64,000 nt of DNA from Sphingobium sp. (GTDB lineage Bacteria; Pseudomonadota; Alphaproteobacteria; Sphingomonadales; Sphingomonadaceae): assembly GCA_036383715.1 (NCBI GenBank), contig DASVNT010000065.1, forward strand, positions 4,682 to 68,681. Reading direction: 5' to 3'. Under the pieces are notes generated by a model. The model had not been told where the DNA came from. It saw only the letters and a list, made by a program, of their open reading frames with translations, and did not search any database. Positions 1 to 9,350 of this stretch are shown here, in pieces (position 1 is the stretch's first letter; every line of letters begins with the position of its first letter). The position numbers and the translations under genes are program-made.

Positions 1-697
1 CTTCATCGACCAGGATCATGCAATTGGGATGCTTGCGCACCGCCGCGACCATGTCCGGCAACGGCGCGACGTCGCCCAGCATCGAATAGACGCCTTCGAG
101 CACGACCAGCTTCTGCGCATCCTTCGGCAGGCGACCGAGGCGCTTGTCGAGATCCTCGACGCTGTTGTGGCGGAAGCGGACGATCTCCGCATCGCCCATG
201 AAACAGCCGTCATAGATGGACGCATGGCTGTCGGCGTCGAGGATGATGTAATCGCCCTTGCCCGCCAGCGTGGAGATCATGCCCAGATTGGCCTGATAGC
301 CGGTGGAGAACACCATCGCGGACGAGGTGCCGTAAAAGTCCTTGAGCGCGTCCTCCACTTCGCGGTGGCCCTGATAGGTGCCGTTCAGGACGCGGCTGCC
401 CGTCGTACCCGCGCCGAATTCGTCCAGCGCCCGCTTGCCCGCCGCGACGACGTCCGGGTCGAAGGTCATGCCCATATAGTTGTAGGTGCCGAGCAGGATC
501 GTGTCCTTGCCGTTGATGACGGCCAGGGTCGGCGACTTCACCTGCGTCATCACGATCGCATAGGGATCGCGCACGCCCGTCGCCAGCAGCGCCTCACGCT
601 CCGCGATCAGCGGGTCGAATTTGGAGAAAAGGTCGCGCGCGCCCGGCTGTTCGGCAGGGGTGTGGGCGTCGGATGCGGTATCGACGGCGTCGCTCAT
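1..697 (-). CDS. spt: Serine palmitoyltransferase (PLP-dependent alpha-oxoamine synthase), runs off the window start
   Basis: Manual minus-strand translation from ATG at 697: MSDAVDTASDAHTPAEQPGARDLFSKFDPLIAEREALLATGVRDPYAIVM...LLGTYNYMGMTFDP...GTTGSRVLNGT...FSTGYQANLG...DADSHASIYDG; sits directly downstream of an ACP gene. Confidence 0.93.
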   Translation of the reverse strand, partial: MSDAVDTASDAHTPAEQPGARDLFSKFDPLIAEREALLATGVRDPYAIVMTQVKSPTLAVINGKDTILLGTYNYMGMTFDPDVVAAGKRALDEFGAGTTGSRVLNGTYQGHREVEDALKDFYGTSSAMVFSTGYQANLGMISTLAGKGDYIILDADSHASIYDGCFMGDAEIVRFRHNSVEDLDKRLGRLPKDAQKLVVLEGVYSMLGDVAPLPDMVAAVRKHPNCMILVDE

Positions 698-701
698 CGA
701 T

Positions 702-950
702 TCAGCCTTCCGCCCGCAGCTTCACGACCGCATCGACCAGCTGGCCGACGCTTTCGATTTCCGCCTGCATGTTCATCGTGATGATGATGTCGAACTCATC
801 CTCGATCGCCGCGACGAAATCCATGACCGTCAGGCTGTCCCATTCGAGATCGCCGGCAAAGGTCGTTGCCTCGCTCAGGGCCACGCCCTTCTTGTTGAAC
901 GGTTCGATCTGCGCGGTGACGCTGTCGAGGATGCTCTGGCGGTCGGTCAT
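702..950 (-). CDS. Acyl carrier protein (sphingolipid-locus ACP)
   Basis: MTDRQSILDSV...GDLEWDSLTVMDFVAAIEDEFDI; DSL phosphopantetheine motif; 4 nt upstream of spt. Confidence 0.92.
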   Translation of the reverse strand: MTDRQSILDSVTAQIEPFNKKGVALSEATTFAGDLEWDSLTVMDFVAAIEDEFDIIITMNMQAEIESVGQLVDAVVKLRAEG

Positions 951-1083
951 TGCGACGATGTCTCTCTGGTAGGGGCGTTGGTGTTCCGCGCCGCCATGGC
1001 AGGGGAATGAGGCGGCAATCGGGCATGGCTCTTGAAGGCCCGCAATCATCATGGCAAGCCCTGCCGGTCAGGGGAAGAATAAT

Positions 1084-1629
1084 ATGTCCTTACAGGAGCC
1101 CGGAGTCGTCCGGTCCTTTCCGCCCAATGCCATCCACCTCGTCCGCACCAACCAGCAGATGCAGCTTCAGCTCAGCCAGATGGCCGACCAGAAGGCGAGC
1201 ATGCTGATGGGTGCGACCTTCGTCGTCTTCACGCTGGCGGTGGGGCAGTTGCGCAGCGGCGCGGGCATGATGCTGCCCATCGCCCTGCTGGCGGCGTCGG
1301 CCTTTCTGTCGGCGCTGTTCGCGATCCTGACCGTGTTGCCCAAGGTCACGCATCTGAGCGGCGCGGCTTTGGGGCCGGAGGCCAACCTGCTGTTCTTTGG
1401 CGTGTTCACCGCCCTGCCGCAGGAGGAGTTCATCGACCGGGTGCTCGACCGGCTGGAAACGGACGAGACGACCTACCGCACGATGCTGCGCGACATGTAT
1501 CAGGCGGGCACGATCCTGCAGACCAAGAAATACCGCTATCTCGGCTATGCCTACCGCAGTTTCCTGACCGGCATGGCGCTGACCGCCATCGCGGCGGCGG
1601 CGGAGCTGGCGACGGGCCGGTTTATTTAA
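1084..1629 (+). CDS. Pycsar effector-like (PycTM/DUF5706) membrane protein
   Basis: ADQKASMLMG motif followed by two TM helices, LLFFG loop, and C-terminal KKYRYL plus TM; this architecture matches the PycTM family. Confidence 0.72.
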   Translation: MSLQEPGVVRSFPPNAIHLVRTNQQMQLQLSQMADQKASMLMGATFVVFTLAVGQLRSGAGMMLPIALLAASAFLSALFAILTVLPKVTHLSGAALGPEANLLFFGVFTALPQEEFIDRVLDRLETDETTYRTMLRDMYQAGTILQTKKYRYLGYAYRSFLTGMALTAIAAAAELATGRFI

Positions 1630-2536
1630 GCCATCCCTTCGCACGGTAGCCCGCAGCGGTCGCGGCAAGCCCCGCCTCCGCACCGATTTCCGAACGCCAG
1701 AGCGCCGACGGAACCTGCCGCTCCGGCGAGGCGACCCAGTCGGGATGACAGAAATAGCGCGCGCGGTCGGGCGTCAGCTTGGCCCTTGCGCCGCGCGCCA
1801 GCCGGTCGATGCGCGCGCCCAGCATCAGGGCGAAGCCCGGCAGGGACAGGGTGCGGACCCGCTTGCCCACCGCACGGCCAAGCGCATGGGCGAAGGCGAC
1901 ATGGGTGAAACCGCCCGGCGTCCCGTCATCCACCTCATAGACCTGCCCGGAGGTGAGGCCGGTGCGATCCACCGCGAGGCGAACGAGCAACATCGCCAGA
2001 TCGTCCGCATGGATGATCGACAGGCGCCCCGGCGGCGGCAGCAGGACAAGGCCCCGCGCCGCCATCTGGAACATCTCCAGCATCTCCCGGTCGCCGGGAC
2101 CATAGATGGCGGGCGGGCGCACGGCGGTCCAGTCCAGCCCCGCACCGATGAGCATATGCTCGCCCTCCCGCTTCGACCAGCCATAGTCGGACAGCTGCGG
2201 CTCACGCGCCGACAGGGAGGAGACGAGGATGAACCGCTCGACGCCCGCATGGCGCGCCTTTTCCGCGATCAGGCGGGTGCCCTCCGCATTGGCGGCGTGG
2301 AAGGCGGCACGGTCAGGCACGTTGATCGCGCCGGCCACATGGATCACCGCATCCGCGCCCGTCACCAGATCGGCGAGCGCCGCGTTCGCCGACAGGTCGC
2401 CGGAAATCCATGTCACGCCGGCGCGATCCGGCTGCGGACGGCGGGTCAGCGCGCGCACGCCATGTCCGTCGGCCAGTAGTCGCTCCAGCACCGCGCCGCC
2501 CAGAAAGCCGGTGGCGCCAGTTAGAGCTACCTTCAC
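1622..2536 (-). CDS. NAD-dependent epimerase/dehydratase (extended SDR), probable ceramide reductase CerR-like
   Basis: GTG start; VALTGATGFLGG Rossmann motif, YGWSK (YxxxK), RPPAIYGPGD; next to spt/acp as cerR is in Caulobacter. Confidence 0.8.
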   Translation of the reverse strand: MKVALTGATGFLGGAVLERLLADGHGVRALTRRPQPDRAGVTWISGDLSANAALADLVTGADAVIHVAGAINVPDRAAFHAANAEGTRLIAEKARHAGVERFILVSSLSAREPQLSDYGWSKREGEHMLIGAGLDWTAVRPPAIYGPGDREMLEMFQMAARGLVLLPPPGRLSIIHADDLAMLLVRLAVDRTGLTSGQVYEVDDGTPGGFTHVAFAHALGRAVGKRVRTLSLPGFALMLGARIDRLARGARAKLTPDRARYFCHPDWVASPERQVPSALWRSEIGAEAGLAATAAGYRAKGWLK

Positions 2537-2555
2537 GTTTGCTGCTCCGCAGCGG

Positions 2556-3686
2556 TCACAGCACGACCATATGATCGCGGTGGATGAGGACGGATCGCTG
2601 CACTTCGCCCAGTATCGCGGCGATTTCCTCGCTGCGGTGGCCGATGATGCGCGCCGCGTCGTCCGCGTCGAACTCCGCCAGACCACGCGCGATCACCTGA
2701 CCGTCCGCGCCGGTGATGTTGACCACGTCGCCGCGCCGATAGTCCCCGCTCGTGCCCTTGACCCCGGCGGGCAGCAGGCTGCGCCCCTTGCCCAGTGCCG
2801 CCGCCGCGCCGTCATCGACGACCAGCGTGCCGCGCACGGTCAGCCGTCCCGCCAGCCAGTTCTTGCGCGCCGTCTTGCGTCGGTCGCCCTTGAAGATCGT
2901 GCCCCGGCCCGATTGCACCCAGCAGGTGAGCGGCGCATCCACACGGCCGGAGATAATCGCAAGGTGCAGGCCCGCGCGCGTCGCGATGCGCGCCGCCTCC
3001 ACCTTGGACGCCATGCCGCCCGATCCCATGCCCGATGCCGAATCGGCGGTTGCCATGCCGGCAATCTTCGCGTCGATCCGCTCGACCAGCGGCACTAGTT
3101 CCGCCGTCGGGTCGACATGCGGATTGGCGGTGTAGAGGCCATCGATGTCGGACAGCAGCACCACGGCATCGGCATGCGCCGCCTGCCCGATGCGCGCGGC
3201 GAGGCGATCATTGTCGCCGAATCGAATTTCTTCCGTCGCTACACTGTCATTCTCGTTCACGACCGGAATCACGCCGAGGCCCAGCAGCCGTTCCAGCGTG
3301 GCGGACGCATTGAGATAGCGGCGGCGATTTTCCAGATCGTCCAGCGTCACCAATATCTGCGCGGCGGCCACGCCCTCCGCCTGCAGCAATTCCGCCCAGA
3401 TGCCCGACAGCGCGATCTGGCCCACGGCGGCGGCGGCCTGCGCATCCTCAAGGCTCGCACGTCCCCCTTTGGCAAGGCCGAGGCGGCGCGCGCCCAACGC
3501 GATCGAGCCGGAGGATACGATGATGAGCTTCTGCCCCGCCCGGTGGCGGGCGGCGATTTCCGCGACCAGCGTCTTCAGCCAGTCGCGCCGCACCTCGCCA
3601 TCCTTGCTGACCAGCAGCGAAGAACCGACCTTGACGATGATCCGGCCGCAAACATTGGCGCGAAAGCCCGTCAGGCTAACCGTCAT
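2556..3686 (-). CDS. proB: Glutamate 5-kinase
   Basis: IIVKVGSSLL, NENDSVATEEIRFGDNDRL, GSGGMASKV, C-terminal PUA domain. Confidence 0.97.
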   Translation of the reverse strand: MTVSLTGFRANVCGRIIVKVGSSLLVSKDGEVRRDWLKTLVAEIAARHRAGQKLIIVSSGSIALGARRLGLAKGGRASLEDAQAAAAVGQIALSGIWAELLQAEGVAAAQILVTLDDLENRRRYLNASATLERLLGLGVIPVVNENDSVATEEIRFGDNDRLAARIGQAAHADAVVLLSDIDGLYTANPHVDPTAELVPLVERIDAKIAGMATADSASGMGSGGMASKVEAARIATRAGLHLAIISGRVDAPLTCWVQSGRGTIFKGDRRKTARKNWLAGRLTVRGTLVVDDGAAAALGKGRSLLPAGVKGTSGDYRRGDVVNITGADGQVIARGLAEFDADDAARIIGHRSEEIAAILGEVQRSVLIHRDHMVVL

Positions 3687-3846
3687 GCGCTGGCCCACAC
3701 GAACAGCCGCACCGGCTCGTCACCCGTCGGATCGACCTGATGCACAGTATTACGCGCCGGGCGGGATTGGCGCGCAGCCGCCGCCTTGCTGTCGGGAACG
3801 GGCTTTTCCGGCGTGTCGGGGTGTACGGAGCAAGCGGAATAGCGCG

Positions 3847-4911
3847 TCAGATCGGCGACCACGGTTTGACCTCCTCATCGCCGCCCTCTTCGTCGTCCGC
3901 TTCGCGCGCGACCGGCAAATCCTGCATCTCGACCAGAGCGTCGAGCAGCGCCTCCACGCCTGCGCCGGTCGCGCCGGAGATGATGAACACCTCCTCCACG
4001 CCTTCCTCGCGCAACTGGTCGGCGATCTCTTCCATCAACTCGGTATCGAGCAGATCGCCCTTGTTCAACGCCACGATCTGCGGCTTTTCATCCAGACCTT
4101 CGCCATAGGCTTCGAGTTCGCCGCACACGATGCGCCATGCGTCGAGCGGGTCGTCGCCGGTCGCGTCGACCAGGTGCAGGAGCACCCGGCACCGTTCGAT
4201 ATGACCCAGGAAGCGGTCGCCGATGCCCACGCCTTCCGACGCGCCTTCGATCAGGCCGGGAATGTCGGCGAGCACGAATTCGCGCTGCTTATGGCTCACC
4301 ACGCCCAATTGCGGCTTGGTGGTGGTGAAGGCGTAGGCCCCCACCTTCGCCTTGGTGTTCGTGACCTGATTGATGAAGGTGGACTTGCCCGCATTGGGTA
4401 ATCCGACCAGACCCACGTCGGCCAGCAGCTTGAGCCGCAGCCACACCCATTTCTCCTCACCCGGCCAGCCCGTGCCATGCTGGCGCGGTGCGCGGTTGGT
4501 CGAGGTCTTGTAGCTGAGGTTGCCGCGCCCGCCGTCGCCGCCGCGCAGCAGGGTGATGCGCTGCCCTACTTCGGTGAAGTCGGCGAGAATGTCCGAATAG
4601 CCTTCCTCGTCGGGATCGGTGATGATCTGCGTGCCCACCGGCACCTTGATGACGAGGTCGTTGCCGCCGGCCCCCGTGCGGTTCTTGCCCATGCCGGGAA
4701 TACCGCGCTGCGCCTTGAAATGCTGCGTGTAGCGAAAGTCGATGAGCGTATTGAGGCCGCCTACCGCCTCGAAAATAATGTCGCCGCCCTTGCCGCCGTC
4801 ACCGCCGTCGGGGCCGCCATATTGGATGAACTTCTCCCGCCGGAAGCTGACGCCACCGGGGCCGCCTCCGCCAGAACGAATGAAAATCTTGGCTTGATCG
4901 AGAAAATGCAT
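3847..4911 (-). CDS. obgE: GTPase ObgE/CgtA
   Basis: MHFLDQAKI...GGPDGGDGGKGG Obg fold; GLPNAGKST, DIPG, NKGD motifs. Confidence 0.98.
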   Translation of the reverse strand: MHFLDQAKIFIRSGGGGPGGVSFRREKFIQYGGPDGGDGGKGGDIIFEAVGGLNTLIDFRYTQHFKAQRGIPGMGKNRTGAGGNDLVIKVPVGTQIITDPDEEGYSDILADFTEVGQRITLLRGGDGGRGNLSYKTSTNRAPRQHGTGWPGEEKWVWLRLKLLADVGLVGLPNAGKSTFINQVTNTKAKVGAYAFTTTKPQLGVVSHKQREFVLADIPGLIEGASEGVGIGDRFLGHIERCRVLLHLVDATGDDPLDAWRIVCGELEAYGEGLDEKPQIVALNKGDLLDTELMEEIADQLREEGVEEVFIISGATGAGVEALLDALVEMQDLPVAREADDEEGGDEEVKPWSPI

Positions 4912-5051
4912 GGGCCGCGCCATAGAGGCATTTCAGCCTGCGCGAAACACCGATGGCTCGAAAAACATGGGTACGGGACATAGGGACGGGTGTCGGGCGG
5001 GGAGGGCGGCGCTTATCCGTCACCCTCCCGGCACCCGTTCAGGCTCCCAAT

Positions 5052-5627
5052 TCAGGCCATGGCAGGCATGGCGTCGCGATAGAGTTCGAACGCCGGTTCA
5101 TCGCGCGGCGGGGCGAGGCTTTCGTCATATTCGAACAAGGCCATCGACACTTCGGACGCACGTCCGCGACTCACGCGGGATTCGACCCGGCCCGTCGGGC
5201 GGAAGCCGATCTTGCGCAGCACGCGCGCCGACGAGGGATTGTCGAGGAAATGGCCCGCGCGCACGATCAGGCCGGTCGCGCGGGCAATCCGCATGACCGC
5301 GCGAGTCGCCTCGGTGGCGAAGCCCAGACCCCAGAGCGACCGCTCCACCCAATAGCCCAGTTCCAGTTCACCGTCCGCACGGCGCGAAATGGCGACACCG
5401 CCCACGAGCCGCGATGCACCGCCGCGGGTCCGCATGAACGACAGGAATTCGGGCAAACGGGGATCGCGCTGCCGTTCGATCCAGCGATGCGCTTCGGTTT
5501 CGTCATAATGGGCGGGCACGTTCAGCAGGTTCCGGGCAATATCCGGATTGCTCAAGGCCTTGGCAAGCGGGGCTGCATCCTCTGGCCAGCTGGGGCGCAG
5601 GATCAATCTTTCGGTTCGGGCGAACAT
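5052..5627 (-). CDS. GNAT N-acetyltransferase (RimJ/RimL-like)
   Basis: RTERLILRP, ELGYW, WGLGFATEA, NPSSARVLRKIGF. Confidence 0.9.
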   Translation of the reverse strand: MFARTERLILRPSWPEDAAPLAKALSNPDIARNLLNVPAHYDETEAHRWIERQRDPRLPEFLSFMRTRGGASRLVGGVAISRRADGELELGYWVERSLWGLGFATEATRAVMRIARATGLIVRAGHFLDNPSSARVLRKIGFRPTGRVESRVSRGRASEVSMALFEYDESLAPPRDEPAFELYRDAMPAMA

Positions 5628-5934
5628 CGTAACTACCTCTTTGAACTCGTGTTTTCTTATTATGCTTGTCGGCTTGCCCTTCCCCGTTGCGCGCCCAATA
5701 AGCTCCTATGGTGACAGACGTGCGACACCGCGCACGGAAATGCCGTGTGGCATGACAGCCCCTAAACACGGGGCGAGGATTTTCGATCCCGCGCAACGAA
5801 GGCCGCCTGTCCATCCGCCGCGCATACCCCTCCGTCGGACGGTTTGGCGGTGCCGCGACATGATCGCCCGTGCGGCTTGCCCTCCTGTACGGGGCCGCGA
5901 TACGAAGACTGTATAGCCATGCACTGGAGAAGAT

Positions 5935-6588
5935 ATGTCCGACGTGACCAGCCCCCGCGTTCCCCCGCTCCCCCGCGAGGAACTGACCGACCCCGCGCGG
6001 GAGGTCTGCGCCTTCTGGGGAGAGCCGAATGCGTGGGAGGAGGGGTCCAAGACGAACGTCATCAACGTGATGGCGCAGCATCCGCCGCTGGGCAAAGTCT
6101 ATAATGAGTGGGGCAAGCACTTCCTCATGAACAACTCGCTGGCCCTGCGTCAGCTGGAGCTGATCGTGCTGCGCGTCGCGTGGCGCGTGAAGTCGGAATA
6201 TGAATGGCACAACCATGTCGGCTACGCGATCAACTGCGGCATGACGCTGGAGGAGATCGCGGCGTGCAAGGAGGAGCCGATCGTCTATGGCTGGGCGGAG
6301 CAGGACCGCGCGGTGATCGAATCCGTCGACGAACTGCTCGACGCCGGCAAGATCAGCGACACGACATGGGCCACGCTCTCGCGCTATTACAACCGCCAGC
6401 AGTTAATGGACCTGACCTTCACCATCGGTCACTATGTCATGACGAGTTGGGCGCTGTCCTCGTTCGAGGTCGGGCTGGAAAGCCCCGATCCGGTCGGTTT
6501 CGATCTCAAGACAAAATCGGGGCAGACTCCGGGCGCGACCTACAAGCCCATGGAGACGGAAGATTGGACATCGACGCGCGGCTATTGA
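5935..6588 (+). CDS. Carboxymuconolactone decarboxylase/AhpD-like protein
   Basis: ELIVLRVAWRVKSEYEWHNH motif; GGAG RBS upstream. Confidence 0.85.
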   Translation: MSDVTSPRVPPLPREELTDPAREVCAFWGEPNAWEEGSKTNVINVMAQHPPLGKVYNEWGKHFLMNNSLALRQLELIVLRVAWRVKSEYEWHNHVGYAINCGMTLEEIAACKEEPIVYGWAEQDRAVIESVDELLDAGKISDTTWATLSRYYNRQQLMDLTFTIGHYVMTSWALSSFEVGLESPDPVGFDLKTKSGQTPGATYKPMETEDWTSTRGY

Positions 6589-6667
6589 CGTCCGGGCCGT
6601 GGCGGCAGGCGGTTGAGGGTCGTTCAGCGATCCTCAGCCCCTGCCGAAATCCTGCGCACCCGCCGCA

Positions 6668-7141
6668 ATGACCATGGAAGAGATGCTGGCGCGCGAGGCG
6701 ATTCGCGCGACCATCGCGGCCTATACGGCAGCGGGGGACCGGCTGCGCGCGGACGATCTTGCAGCCTGCTTCACCGCCGATGGCGTGATCGAGACGGACG
6801 GGGTCGAGGCGGCGGACGGCTTTCGCTATGAAGGGCGGGACGCCATCGGCCAGTGGATCGCCCGCTGGCGGGATCGGCCCGCCGATGCAGGGCCAGTGCA
6901 TCAGGCGACATTCGTGCGCCATCACCTCACCACCTGCCATATCGAACTGACCGGCACGGATAGCGCCCGCGCGCGGACCTATTGGTCGGCGTGGACCGAC
7001 ATCGACCCCGATCATGCGGGCTATTATCTCGACAGCTTCCGGCGCGAGGGGAAGCATTGGCTGATCGCCCACCGCCGTATCCGCGAGGACTGGCGCGCAC
7101 CCCACAGCCTGTTCACCAACGCGGTCGCACGCTCATGCTGA
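6668..7141 (+). CDS. SnoaL-like/NTF2 family protein
   Basis: AREAIRATIAAY...FTADG...RHHLTT...GYYLDSFRREGKHWLIAHRR. Confidence 0.85.
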   Translation: MTMEEMLAREAIRATIAAYTAAGDRLRADDLAACFTADGVIETDGVEAADGFRYEGRDAIGQWIARWRDRPADAGPVHQATFVRHHLTTCHIELTGTDSARARTYWSAWTDIDPDHAGYYLDSFRREGKHWLIAHRRIREDWRAPHSLFTNAVARSC

Positions 7142-7166
7142 CGGGCGTTCTCATCCTCTCCGAGTC

Positions 7167-7200
7167 AAAAAAAAGGGACCGGCTGAACGCCTGTCCCTTT
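7167..7200. terminator. Intrinsic terminator hairpin
   Basis: A-tract then GGGAC-CGGC...GCC-TGTCCC-TTT stem-loop after the SnoaL gene. Confidence 0.6.
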
Positions 7201-7443
7201 ACGAGTTTTAGGAGAGGATGCCTGAAAGGCACCCCCTATGTGCACCGCAACAATTTTTCTCGCAAGTGCAAAAAATGAAGGGTGCGATTGCGGGAATTGC
7301 ATCGCACCGCGCCTCGACAATTTTTGACAATTGGAGAAAGGCGGCCATGCTGCGCCGCAGCAACGCTTGTCCGGCTCAGCAGACGCTGGCGTAATTCCCA
7401 AAAAGGCTTAGGCTGCCCAAGGAAACACGCAGGAGAGAGCCCT

Positions 7444-7632
7444 ATGTTCGTGAAGTTCACCAGTACCGACCGGGTGCCGGTCGCGGTCAACGCAGCGCAG
7501 ATTTCCTTCATTTCCTGCATCTCCGACGGAACGCGCATCCGCTTTGGCGAAGGACGCAGCGTCACAGTCGTCGAACCGCTGGAAGAGGTGGTCGACCGGC
7601 TCAACAAGACCCGCCAGTTACCGGAGGAATAA
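7444..7632 (+). CDS. Small FlbD-like protein (62 aa)
   Basis: AGGAG RBS; MFVKFTSTDRVPVAVNAAQISFI...DGTRIRFGEGRSVTVVEPLEEVVDRL resembles the FlbD/SwrD pattern. Confidence 0.65.
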   Translation: MFVKFTSTDRVPVAVNAAQISFISCISDGTRIRFGEGRSVTVVEPLEEVVDRLNKTRQLPEE

Positions 7633-7669
7633 AGGCAACCTCGCTGCGCGCGGCCTCACCCGCCGCGTG

Positions 7670-8515
7670 TCAGCGCGCCTTCCAGGTCAGCAGCGAGGAT
7701 GCTGCATAATTCCACACCGCGCCCACCGTGGCGCCCGCGATCCCGGCGACCCACCATTGGGCATGCTGCCCGAACATCAGCGTCCCCACGCCGATATTGG
7801 CGATCGCGCCGGTTCCGCAGACGATGTAGAATGTCAGCAGGCCCTTGATCATCTTCCACCCGCGCAACCGCTGGCTGGCATAGGTCACGACATTGTTGAG
7901 CGTGAAGTTGAACGCGATGGCGATCAGCACCGCCACCGTCTGCGAAATGCGGAAGTCGTTACCCGTCAGGCCCAGCATCACCTTCAACACGCCCAGGTGA
8001 ACCAGCAAGCCGACCGACCCCACCATCAGGAACAGGATGAACCGGGTCGGCAATATGCGGCCCAATGTCCTGTCGACGAAGAAGACGAGAAGGTCCGTCA
8101 GTATCTTGAGGCTCATCTTGCTGTCGCCGCTATAGCGATTGCGGAACTGGAAGGGCTGTTCGGCCACGCGGAGTTTTCCTTTGCCGCTGACGAGGATGTC
8201 GAGGACGATCTTGAAACCAATGGCGGACAGATGGGGGCACAGCTCCACCAGACGGTCGCGCCGGATGGCGAAGAAGCCGCTCATCGGATCGCTGCACTGC
8301 GTCCGCAGGAGCATGTTGGTGAACTGCGTGACGAGCAGGCTGCCTTTCAACCGCGCCGCGCTCAACCCGTCCGCGCATCCGCCGTCTGCATAGCGCGTGC
8401 CGATCACCATGTCCGCCTCACCTTCCGCGATTCGGGCATACATGGGGGCGAGCTGGTGTTCGTCATGCTGCATGTCGCCGTCGATCACGGCCACGACGTC
8501 GGCGGCGGAGCTCAT
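7670..8515 (-). pseudogene. N-terminally truncated GT2 polyprenol-phosphate glycosyltransferase-GtrA fusion
   Basis: Starts at VAVIDGDMQHD (DxD), then SDPMSGFF, GFKI and a GtrA-like TM C-terminus; the N-terminal GT2 portion is absent and an in-frame TGA lies 12 codons upstream of the ATG. Confidence 0.7.
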
Positions 8516-8870
8516 CGCGCGCCCACGGAGGCGCTGCCATCGATCCTGTCATAGTGGAGCGTCATCTTCAGACTTAACTATCCCGCTCGGACCACGATAA
8601 AGCCCGGTCATTATCCCTGCGACTATGTGCCCGTACCCGTAAAGGGGACACGCCGTCCAGTGGGCGGGCGACGGCGGTTGGCGTGCGCGATTCGCTTTAT
8701 CGAACGTGATTCGGTTTGAGGAAGGCGTTGCGGGGCGGTCAGGCCCTCGAAACGGAGCACGAACAGGTCCAATTTCTTCTGAACCCGCCTGAAGTTCAGC
8801 TTTGGCCCCGCATCGGCCCGCCGCGCCGTCATAATGGCGACTTGCAAGGCCGGACGAAGCCCGTTACCAA

Positions 8871-8889
8871 AATGCGAGTAATTCTCATT
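8871..8889. promoter_or_regulatory. Fur-like iron box
   Basis: AATGCGAGTAATTCTCATT, an imperfect 9-1-9 palindrome 30 nt upstream of the 8919 ATG. Confidence 0.7.
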
Positions 8890-8918
8890 AGCGTAGTTTG
8901 GCCGGGAGGAAATCACCC

Positions 8919-9350
8919 ATGTACGACTATCTCGATCGCCCCCTCGGCACGCTCGACGAGGGCAGCCGGTTCATCGTCTGGTCGATGCGCGGATGGACGC
9001 AAAGCATGGCAGAGCGCCGTTGTCCGCCATCCGTGCTGGGTTCGGCGTTCACGCGATCGGACTTGGGCGACGCCCTGCCGCACTTCCACATGGCGATGAT
9101 GGCGCTCAATCGTGACGGAACCGAAAAAATGGGATTCGGGTCCATTTCCTGTCCCCATGTGAGCGAGGCGGAGGCGATTCTCCTGTCCCTCCTGCGCCTC
9201 ATCGGACAGGGTTCGGCGCGGGCGGCGGAGGCCACGATCGGCCTGCTGGTCCGCCCGGAGGCCACGCAAATCTTCAAGCGCGCCTTGACCGCCGTCGCGA
9301 TTCTTTTATTTGCCCGCTATCCCCTTCCCGATGGAGTTGATGGTCAGTGA
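8919..9350 (+). CDS. Hypothetical protein, coupled to fpr
   Basis: GGAGG RBS; MYDYLDRPL...RRCPP...SCPHVSEAEAILLSL; GTGA overlap with fpr. Confidence 0.8.
   Translation: MYDYLDRPLGTLDEGSRFIVWSMRGWTQSMAERRCPPSVLGSAFTRSDLGDALPHFHMAMMALNRDGTEKMGFGSISCPHVSEAEAILLSLLRLIGQGSARAAEATIGLLVRPEATQIFKRALTAVAILLFARYPLPDGVDGQ

Noticed and set aside
1084-1629. Complete Pycsar anti-phage system
   Set aside because: No PycC-like cyclase is adjacent or recognisable in the window; only the effector-like gene is present
8560-8870. Possible riboswitch or sRNA in the long intergenic region (small CTGAAC/GTTCAG hairpin)
   Set aside because: No cobalamin, TPP or other consensus recognisable by eye; the hairpin is too short to be significant
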